From the NCBI GenBank assembly GCA_964016885.1, contig OZ024745.1:21142001-21206000 (forward strand): 64,000 nt of DNA. Reading direction: 5' to 3'. The notes under the pieces are model-generated. The model was given only the letters and a program-made list of their open reading frames with translations, was not told where the DNA came from and did not search any database. This document shows, piece after piece, positions 53,916-63,397 of this stretch. Origin of the DNA: Eledone cirrhosa (lineage: Eukaryota). Made by a program: the position numbers and the translations under genes. Numbering within the stretch: the first letter of the stretch is position 1; every line of letters starts with the position of its first letter.

Positions 53916-54442
53916 CCGTATTTGCCGGCCTATTGGGGACCCCTTGTATAAGACGCCTCTTGGTTTTACAAAGACATTTTGAGAAAAAAGAATTTTAGTA
54001 CATTTTTTCATAAACCTATTAAAAATTATTTCATTGTTTTCTCAGAAACTCTTATAAAAGTTCAACAGTGGATTGGCAGTATCGGTAGAGGGTCGGACGC
54101 CATGCTTTCCAGCATAGTTACGTCCCTTTACGATCTGAGTTCAAATCCCGCCGAGGTTGACTTTGCCTTTCATCCTTACGGGGTCGATAAAATAAAGTAC
54201 TAGTAATGCACTGGGTAATTGCTAGCCTTGTGCCTAAAGTAGAAACAATTATTTTGCTCATATACATTCCATTGTATTACTGTATTAGTAATACTAATAG
54301 TAATACAAATTAAATTTGTTTAACCATGATTGTTCTCACCCTTCATTCGGCCTCCCATCGGTGATACGGGCGTATTGGGCGCAAGGAAGAATGTTTAAGC
54401 TTTTGGGGGAAAAATGTGCGTCCAATAGGCCGGCAAATAGGG
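53916..54442. mobile_element. Tc2/pogo-like MITE interrupted by a SINE
   Basis: TIRs TA-CCGTATTTGCCGGCCTATTGG / CCAATAGGCCGGCAAATAGGG. Confidence 0.7.
54066..54254 (+). mobile_element. Dominant tRNA-derived SINE nested in the MITE
   Basis: Full match to the in-window consensus. Confidence 0.88.
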
Positions 54443-54908
54443 AATATATTGAAGATCTGTGCATAAGTTGTATTGAAATATTTTAAAGAATACATTTGTA
54501 CGGTTTATGGTAATCAATAGGTTGCTTTGAACTGCTTTGAAATATATCGGCAACAGTCGAAAAATGTCTCACAACAGTCTTGATTCTCGAAAATATGAGT
54601 AATGAAGATATATTAATTCGCCTTTTATATTAAACGAAGATGTGTATTCATGAACAGACCAAGTGGATACAGATGGAAAAGGTGAAGGAAATATTCTTTA
54701 GAACATTACGTTACTTAATCATTTTATTGTATGTTAATTATAACACTACCAGCTAGTCCTTGAGTACATATAGCGGAGTTGATACTGCTGTAAGTAGTCA
54801 GGCTAAACTGTTGTTGTTTCCTCACCTATGATGTTCAGACTAAGCATTAACGGCATCAATGTTTCAGTGTAACATCCATGACTAACTTATATATATATAT
54901 ATATATAT

Positions 54909-55606
<698 letters not shown>

Positions 55607-55716
55607 ATATTATATATATATATTATATATATATATGTATATATATATCCAGGGCGAAACGCGCGTCACCAACCAATAAACGTAATGAAGGAGTAACCAC
55701 TCGTCCTTGTTTTATT

Positions 55717-55779
<63 letters not shown>

Positions 55780-55932
55780 ATACTTTGGGAGGGTCATGTT
55801 GCCAATAAGAAACAAACGCACCAGTTGCTTTCACTTCAATTTAATTTATTATATATTTATAAATTTACAAATTTATAAATTTCTGGTTGATTGGTTGGTT
55901 CCACAACTAGATATTTGTTTATATATATATAT

Positions 55933-55977
55933 AGTCATAGTTCTTTCGTCACACACTCTGTGACCTCTTCAGTGACT
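55933..55977 (-). ncRNA. Minimal type I hammerhead ribozyme motif in the PLE 3' region
   Basis: Reverse complement of 60181-60225. Confidence 0.75.
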
Positions 55978-56282
55978 GGGGATTTCTTTCTTCGTTTCTG
56001 TGCCTTTCCTTTCTTCTATCCTACGCCATTTTGTTTGTGTGTGGGTTGCGTGCTCAGTATGCGCATGCGCCACATCCGGGTGTCTGTGTGTGTTTGTGTT
56101 CATTTTTCTATTTTTCTATTTATATTTTTCTATTTGTTTGTTTATTTATTTATTTATTGTTGGTTGGTTGTTTGTTCTATGTGTGTGTGTGTTTTCATTT
56201 TGTCTTGTGTGTGTTTTCATTTTGTGCGTGTTTTCAACTGTAAGTTGTTTGTTCTATGTGTGTGTGTGTTTTCATTTTGTCC

Positions 56283-58991
56283 TTAATTGTAAGTTGTGAT
56301 GTTGCTGTTCCACTCATATTTTCTATTTAATTTTGGTTTTAATTCTTTTATGCTTACTGCCTCTGTAATTTGCCTAAACATTGCGTCTTTCTTGCGTGTG
56401 GATTCTATTTTTATTTCTATGCTCTCTAATTTACCCCTGTGTTCTATCTTAGCATGTTGGTAGAGCACAGATGATTCTTTACTATCTTGGAGGTCTCGCC
56501 AGTGTTCATTTATTCGTTCCCCTATACTACGAGCTGTCTCACCTATGTACACTATATTTTTGTTTCTACATTGTCCTTCAGTACATCTTATGCTATATAC
56601 TACATTTCTAGTTTTACAGTTAATATGGGGGCTTATTTTACAGGTTATACATTTCTTATCTATACATGAGGGTCTTTGGAACGGGTATGTCTTGCTAATA
56701 AGTGTTTTTACGGAGGTACCAGGTCTTTCTACTATCTTAATATTGAGATTATGTTTCTTTAGGGCCCTTCTAAATTTGTAGGCTAGTTCGCCTCTAGGGG
56801 TTGTATTGATGAACATTACACTCTGGTATTTATTGCTATCATACCATGAGTTTATTCTATTGGCCTTGTTCTTAGTTCTTTCTATTCTATTCCAAAATTT
56901 TCTCCTATACAAGGGGCAGGTCCCATTTATGTCATTATTTACCCTTTTTTCCCATTTGGTTCTGGCTCCTTTATACACTCTGATTCTATCTCTCTGATTG
57001 TAGCCAGAGAACTGCATACGGTGGATGAAGTGTTGTATGTGTCTCTCTAGTTCTTCGGGGTTGCACATGCGGGACACATTTCTCATCACCCGTACCAAAT
57101 CCGCAATCAGTATGTTGATTTTGGTATGGTCCGAAATGGCCGAGTTTCGGTGGATCAGATGTTTGGAAGTCATGGGTTTGGCATAATGGGAATGGAGGAT
57201 TTGTTTTTGGTTGTTAATAGTATCTAACCAGAGCTCTGTGTCTAGTACAGGTAATCGATGGTTGGGGTGTCTACTTGGGTAGTCTATAGTAACTCTAATG
57301 CTCTGGTGGATGGAGTTTGCTATTTGCTGGATGCTTTCCATTGTGTTTTTCTCTAGTTCCTGACTGTTCTTTAGTGGGGGTGTCTTAACTACGATGTTTA
57401 TATCATCTACGTAGCGGGAGTACATTATCAGGGTTAAGCTGCCTTCTAATTGTTCATTAAGTTTTTGTTTAAGTCTACTGTCCCACCATACCATGAATAA
57501 GTTAGCTATGTCGCCTGCAATGCTAACACCAATGGCTGCTCCTTCCTCTTGGGCATATGTTTTACCATTAAATTTGAACATATGTTCCTTAAGGGTTAAT
57601 TTTATGCTGGCCCCTACCGCATGTGCAATCATTTTCTTCAGTTCATCGTGGTTTTCAGGTGTCCGTATGGCTCTGGTCCACCCGTTCCATCTATCTGTGT
57701 GGGTTTTCTTGGCCATTGAGGTAATGGTAGGTGGTCTGCCTCTTGCTGGTCTTGTAGGGCACAGGTTGCTAAGGTCATAAGTGTCTAGGTAACTATTACT
57801 ATGGGTAAGCTTAAGTAGAAGTCCCAGCTCACTGGTATCAATCCCACGGAACTCAACCTTGCTCTCGCTGATCATTTCGACGCATTTCTCCACAGCAAAA
57901 TCCACGTCAATAGATGGATACAGGGACACAATATCCATACTGCCTATTATGCAGTTTGTTAGGTCCCCAGATCGGTTACCCGCGCCGATTCTGCTGAGGA
58001 GGTCCTCCGTGCTGTCACACACATCTGGGGACATCTCAATGATGGGGCGTATGATCAGGGAGAGGAAGTAGGACAGTCTGTAGTTACTAGCAATGTTAGC
58101 CCCACAGACTGGCCGTGTTGGTGGTCCCGCGACAGGGTCCCAGCCCGTGTTATGGTCTTTTCGAAGCCCATACAACGCCGGCACGTCATTGTTCCAGGCC
58201 TGGAAGTTGTTGGCAGTCCTTTTGTTGGGCTGCATTATATTTGTCCACATCACCATATGGGCATTGAGGGTTTTTTCTCTATCCTCATGCTCCTGTGGTG
58301 TTACCTCTCTTGTGTTAGTGATGTGGGGTTGCATTGCCTGGATGTAGTTTGGCAGGCTGTCAACCGACATTCTGCCAGACTTGTCTGTTGGAAAGCATGC
58401 TATCTCTCCATTACGCGAGCGCTGCATGAGCTTACGCAAGCCATTTGCAGATTCTTCTCCCAGTTGCTGGGCCTCTATTCTATTATGCTTCTTGCTATAC
58501 TGTTCTATAATATTTCTAAGTTCGGATTTAGCTATACTAAATTGTGCTTCTGTTTGTTCATCGACCTGCGACGGCAACTGCGTGCGTTTGTTAAATGGCA
58601 AAGTCGTGGCGTGGACTCGTCGTAGGTCGAATGATTTATCGGAGGGGTTATAAAACGGAGAGTTCCAGGCTGCTGCTTTATGTGTACTAGTGCTATTGTT
58701 ATTGTTAGTTGTGTTGTTTCTATTTCCACCAACAGCAGCAGCCTCAGCTTCATGGTTGTTTCTATGTCTCTCATAATTACTCCTGTCTCTTTCCACTGGC
58801 TCAATGTTGTTATCTACCCTATTTTGTGTGTCTGTGTGTTCGTCTTGGTTATTCTCTTTGTCCTTAGTCTCCCATCTCCTTTTCCTTTTAATCCTATTAC
58901 TTTCTCTTATTTCTCTGATTTCTGTGCTACTGTCATTACTTGTTTTCTGTGTCTGTGTGTTTGTTAAGATTGTGGTGGTGGTGAGAGGCAT
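56283..58991 (-). CDS. Penelope-like reverse transcriptase / GIY-YIG endonuclease, 902 aa, uninterrupted
   Basis: TDKSG, SMDIVSLYPSI, QEEGAAIG, YSRYVDD, Cys-rich linker CIDKKCITC..C, VVYSIRC..C..YIGETARSIGERINEH..H. Confidence 0.93.
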   Translation of the reverse strand: MPLTTTTILTNTQTQKTSNDSSTEIREIRESNRIKRKRRWETKDKENNQDEHTDTQNRVDNNIEPVERDRSNYERHRNNHEAEAAAVGGNRNNTTNNNNSTSTHKAAAWNSPFYNPSDKSFDLRRVHATTLPFNKRTQLPSQVDEQTEAQFSIAKSELRNIIEQYSKKHNRIEAQQLGEESANGLRKLMQRSRNGEIACFPTDKSGRMSVDSLPNYIQAMQPHITNTREVTPQEHEDREKTLNAHMVMWTNIMQPNKRTANNFQAWNNDVPALYGLRKDHNTGWDPVAGPPTRPVCGANIASNYRLSYFLSLIIRPIIEMSPDVCDSTEDLLSRIGAGNRSGDLTNCIIGSMDIVSLYPSIDVDFAVEKCVEMISESKVEFRGIDTSELGLLLKLTHSNSYLDTYDLSNLCPTRPARGRPPTITSMAKKTHTDRWNGWTRAIRTPENHDELKKMIAHAVGASIKLTLKEHMFKFNGKTYAQEEGAAIGVSIAGDIANLFMVWWDSRLKQKLNEQLEGSLTLIMYSRYVDDINIVVKTPPLKNSQELEKNTMESIQQIANSIHQSIRVTIDYPSRHPNHRLPVLDTELWLDTINNQKQILHSHYAKPMTSKHLIHRNSAISDHTKINILIADLVRVMRNVSRMCNPEELERHIQHFIHRMQFSGYNQRDRIRVYKGARTKWEKRVNNDINGTCPLYRRKFWNRIERTKNKANRINSWYDSNKYQSVMFINTTPRGELAYKFRRALKKHNLNIKIVERPGTSVKTLISKTYPFQRPSCIDKKCITCKISPHINCKTRNVVYSIRCTEGQCRNKNIVYIGETARSIGERINEHWRDLQDSKESSVLYQHAKIEHRGKLESIEIKIESTRKKDAMFRQITEAVSIKELKPKLNRKYEWNSNITTYN

Positions 58992-59407
58992 TGAATGCGT
59001 GTGTGTTGTTGTTGTTGATGTGTGTTGTTGTTGATGTGTGTTGTTGTTGTCTCCGTGTGTGTGTGTGTTATCGTTGTTGTGTGTGTTGTTATTGTTGTTT
59101 GTGTTTGCGTGTCTGTTGTTGTTGTATCTGGGTATGTTGCTATTGTTGTTGTTGTTGATGTGTGTGTTGTTGTTATTGTTGTCTCCGTGTGTGTTGTTAT
59201 TGTTGTTTGTGTCTGCGTGTCTGTTGTATCTGGGTATGTTTCTATTGTTGTTGTTGTATCTGGGTATGTTGCTATTGTTGTTGTTATTGTTGTTTGTGTC
59301 TGTGTGTCTGTTGTTGTTGGGATGTGTGTTGTATATGTGTGTGCGTATATTGTTGCTTTTGTTTTTGTTTTTGATGCTCCAGCGTAGTTTCGTAAATGAT
59401 TTTCGTA

Positions 59408-59875
59408 AATCTCAATATTAAGATAGTAGAAAGACCTGGTACCTCCGTAAAAACACTTATTAGCAAGACATACCCGTTCCAAAGACCCTCATGTATAGAT
59501 AAGAAATGTATAACCTGTAAAATAAGCCCCCATATTAACTGTAAAACTAGAAATGTAGTATATAGCATAAGATGTACTGAAGGACAATGTAGAAACAAAA
59601 ATATAGTGTACATAGGTGAGACAGCTCGTAGTATAGGGGAACGAATAAATGAACACTGGCGAGACCTCCAAGATAGTAAAGAATCATCTGTGCTCTACCA
59701 ACATGCTAAGATAGAACACAGGGGTAAATTAGAGAGCATAGAAATAAAAATAGAATCCACACGCAAGAAAGACGCAATGTTTAGGCAAATTACAGAGGCA
59801 GTAAGCATAAAAGAATTAAAACCAAAATTAAATAGAAAATATGAGTGGAACAGCAACATCACAACTTACAATTAA
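59408..59875 (+). pseudogene. Duplicated GIY-YIG-coding 3' end within the inverted PLE repeat
   Basis: Translation identical to the C-terminus of the 902-aa ORF; lacks its own RT. Confidence 0.85.
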
Positions 59876-60180
59876 GGACAAAATGAAAACACACACACAC
59901 ATAGAACAAACAACTTACAATTGAAAACACACACAAAATGAAAACACACACAAGACAAAATGAAAACACACACACACATAGAACAAACAACCAACCAACA
60001 ATAAATAAATAAATAAACAAACAAATAGAAAAATATAAATAGAAAAATAGAAAAATGAACACAAACACACACAGACACCCGGATGTGGCGCATGCGCATA
60101 CTGAGCACGCAACCCACACACAAACAAAATGGCGTAGGATAGAAGAAAGGAAAGGCACAGAAACGAAGAAAGAAATCCCC

Positions 60181-60225
60181 AGTCACTGAAGAGGTCACAG
60201 AGTGTGTGACGAAAGAACTATGACT
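60181..60225 (+). ncRNA. Minimal type I hammerhead ribozyme motif in the inverted PLE repeat
   Basis: AGTCA-CTGAAGA-G-GTCACA(GAGTG)TGTGAC-GAAA-GAAC-TA-TGACT. Confidence 0.75.
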
Positions 60226-60440
60226 ATATATATATATAAACAAATATCTGGTTGTGGAACCAACCAACCAACCAGAAATTTATAAATTTGTAAATTTATA
60301 AATATATAATAAATTAAATTGAAGTGAAAGCAACTGGTGCGTGTGTTTCTTATTGGCAACATGACCCTCCCAAAGTATAACAATATCGGTTTCAACACAC
60401 GATTTCAGATAAAGAATCTTGCTAAACAAATTCAGAAACG

Positions 60441-60496
<56 letters not shown>

Positions 60497-60562
60497 GAAG
60501 TTTTCCGTAGGAAAGGTACAGGAAAAGAGAGTGATCTATGTAGACTACTGAGCTTATTATTC

Positions 60563-60684
60563 ATGTAATAAACAACATAAGATAATTATTTCATTTACCA
60601 GTGGTTTCTTGAAGGCAGATATAAATATCTGCCTTCAAGAAACCACTGGTAAATGAAATAATTATCTTATGTTGTTAATTACAT
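60563..60684. repeat. Near-perfect palindrome (60-bp arms, 1 mismatch, 2-nt loop) between (TA)n tracts
   Basis: ..GGTTTCTTGAAGGCAGATAT-AA-ATATCTGCCTTCAAGAAACC.. Confidence 0.9.
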
Positions 60685-60738
60685 AATAAATAAATAAATA
60701 TATATATATCTATATATCTATATATATCTATATCTATA

Positions 60739-60825
<87 letters not shown>

Positions 60826-61011
60826 ATTGATTTGAATAATCATGTAGAAATACATCAAAGGAAGGAATTCAAAACAAGTGAATTCGGCAGCTGCTAATTA
60901 TTAGCTCATTTGTTCATTCAGTGTGTAATACGAAAGAATGTGTCTAGTTTATGAGAATGTCGTATTCTTGATGACATTAAATTAAACTTCTGGATATCTA
61001 TGAATTAGGTA

Positions 61012-61187
61012 AGTTTATAAGCAACAGTAGTTTATAAGCAACAGTAGTTTATAAGCAACAGTAGTTTATAAGCAACAGTAGTTTATAAGCAACAGTAGTT
61101 TATAAGCAACAGTAGTTTATAAGCAACAGTAGTTTATAAGCAACAGTAGTTTATAAGCAACAGTAGTTTATAAGCAACAGTATAAGC
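61012..61187. repeat. 17-bp tandem repeat TTTATAAGCAACAGTAG, ~10 copies
   Basis: Directly visible, units identical. Confidence 0.95.
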
Positions 61188-61720
61188 GGCTGTGACTTAA
61201 GAGTTAACATCTCAGCTCGTTGCTAAAAAGTATCGAGTCAATGGCCTTTGTTAATAATTTTTTTTTAAATGTTGCGAGAAATTAGTAATCTTGTATTTTG
61301 TATTTGAGTTGTTTGGGAAGTGTAACTCACCAATTTGTAAATATTAACAAAGTCAAATATAGAAATAATTTGATATTCCAACCGGATCAGTTGCAGACGG
61401 TTGCTTCTGACAGTACCCGCTAGAAGAAGTGTTTGAGGACTCTGCCCCCATGATCCTCTCAGGAATAAGTAGACGAAGACGAGGAGAAACGTCACATTAC
61501 ATTAAATAGGTACTATACCTCACTAGATTTAAATTATTTAAATATCAACGCCGACATAAAATTAAGAAATCTGTTATGTTACCTAAAATCCTATCAACTG
61601 TAATGAGACATATTAGTTGTATTCAACAGATATGAAAATAAAAACGAGGTTTTCAATGTTGGTCTGCATATATATATATATGCATATCTGCATATATATC
61701 TGCATATATATATATATATC

Positions 61721-61771
<51 letters not shown>

Positions 61772-61776
<5 letters not shown>

Positions 61777-61891
61777 AAAAGGTTCAGGACCCCGACGGCA
61801 AAGCTCAAGCCGTTTCGACGGATATATCTGGACCGATATAGCCGTCGAAACGGCTTGAGCTCTGCCGTCGGGGTCCTGAACCTTTTCCTAT
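61772..61891. repeat. GC-rich palindrome (57-bp arms, 2 mismatches, 6-nt loop) flush with (TA)n
   Basis: ATAGGAAAAGGTTCAGGACCCCGACGGC.. / ..GCCGTCGGGGTCCTGAACCTTTTCCTAT. Confidence 0.9.
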
Positions 61892-62031
61892 TACCCACTC
61901 TACTACCGAAAGTATCGAGTACTCTGGTGCGTTATGGTCCTCTTGGTTCCTTACCTCACTTCCTCCGCTATATATATATATATATAGTGACGAAACATAA
62001 GTCAATTGCATGAACTCATAATCCTTTATTT

Positions 62032-62087
62032 ACTGCTATATATATTTCGATGATAGCCATTGAATGGCTATGACCTCATCAGGCAGT
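62032..62087 (-). ncRNA. Type I hammerhead ribozyme motif
   Basis: Minus strand ACTGC-CTGATGA-GGTC ATAGCCATT C AATGGCTAT CATC-GAAA-TATATA-TA-GCAGT, followed by AATAAA. Confidence 0.8.
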
Positions 62088-62291
62088 TAGTCAGTTCTTA
62101 GATATGCCAGCTCTGTGTTTATAGTGTTGATGGTATCAGAGCCTTGGGACATATGAGCTTGTTAGGAATAATTTAATGTTGTCAGCAGGAATAATTATAT
62201 ATATATATAAATACAAGTAAAGTCTGTTTAGAAAAAGCGAACGAAGTTTTAAATTTAGTAAAAATAGAAACTTTCGCCGTATGTTTGACTA

Positions 62292-62497
62292 AAGAAATTT
62301 TAGCCTGATAGTGGGGTTTAGAACCCTCTACAAATGGAAAGGGATGAGTATTGATAAGTGGGCAAAGAAGAAGAGAAATGTTACACAACTTTAAATAAGT
62401 ATTATATCTCACGAGATATAAATTATTTCAGTTTAATACTCATCCTTTTCCATTTTAAAAGAGTTTTAAACCCCACTATCAGGTTAAATTATTTCTT
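62292..62497. repeat. Imperfect inverted repeat (~61-bp arms, 82-nt loop) between (TA)n tracts
   Basis: CCTGATAGTGGGGTTTA..GGATGAGTATT / AATACTCATCC..TAAACCCCACTATCAGG. Confidence 0.8.
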
Positions 62498-62544
62498 CGA
62501 AATTTCATATATATATATGTATATATATAATATATATATATATA

Positions 62545-62947
62545 TGAAGATAGACATAGAATATTCGAAAATATTCTGTATGTTTATAATAAACATTTTG
62601 AAGACCTAATCGCTATAGAATAGAATACGTCACGTATTACAATTAGATTCTCGATAAAAGCAAGCTCTTTCAAACCAGTTCCTGTACACAGCTAAGTATT
62701 CTATAAGTCTCTAGCTGTGTCATTCTCGATAAAAGCACTGGATATGTAATCCAGAAGATTTCTAATAAGAATGAAACGCGTAGGTTACTTCCCTTGCTTT
62801 TATCGAGAATCTAATTGTAATACGTGACGTATTCTATTCTATAGCGATTAGGTCTTCAAAATGTTTATTATAAACATACAGAATATTTTCGAATATTCTA
62901 TGTCTATCTTCACATATATATCGCTATTTCAGAGCATTTAATCCAAT
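62545..62947 (+). mobile_element. Non-autonomous fold-back cassette between (TA)n tracts: perfect 120-bp arms, variant HHR in the loop, tail shared with 991-1028
   Basis: Arms 62545-62664 and 62793-62912; HHR-like 62746-62788; tail 62910-62947. Confidence 0.72.
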
Positions 62948-62951
62948 ATAT

Positions 62952-63032
<81 letters not shown>

Positions 63033-63134
63033 TACATTTCTCTCTATGTGCCATACGACTTGAAATGCTGATTCACCGTGTAACATTTTTTTGTTCCCCG
63101 GTTCTAAGTGTCATTTCATGGTTTGTTATATCCC

Positions 63135-63186
63135 GTAATGCACTGGGTAATTGCTGGCCTTGTGCCTAAAGTAGAAACAATTATTA
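63135..63186 (+). mobile_element. 3' fragment of the dominant SINE
   Basis: GTAATGCACTGGGTAATTGCTGGCCTTGTGCCTAAAGTAGAAACAATTATT. Confidence 0.8.
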
Positions 63187-63397
63187 TAAAAAACACTATT
63201 ATTTAATCAGAAGTTTGGGTTTGTGGTCAGGAGTTTGATATTTCGAAATTTTCATATTTTTCAAGAGAAAACGCATTTTTTTAAAATTAATCAGTTCATG
63301 TAATTAAATCAACAGAGTATATATTTATTTTATTACACAAGCTTATCAAAAGCAAACAAGTAAAAACAAATAACACTTATAAAGAAACTTATTCACG

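Larger units (their letters stand above)
55772..60386 (-). mobile_element. Penelope-like retroelement (C-terminal endonuclease type) with 979-bp inverted partial copy (pseudo-LTR), inserted in (TA)n
   Basis: 55772-56750 and 59408-60386 are reverse complements (I saw about five mismatches); RT + GIY-YIG ORF; HHR in each repeat; tail 60387-60442 then (TA)n. Confidence 0.92.

Noticed and set aside
58964-59482. 172-aa Thr-rich ORF upstream of the PLE ORF
   Set aside because: Starts inside the antisense strand of the inverted copy and crosses the junction; the rest is low-complexity. It may be a frameshifted N-terminal remnant but is not supportable as a gene.
61012-61187. 17-bp perfect tandem repeat as possible iteron or CRISPR-like array
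   Set aside because: No spacers and eukaryotic context; a simple recent minisatellite.
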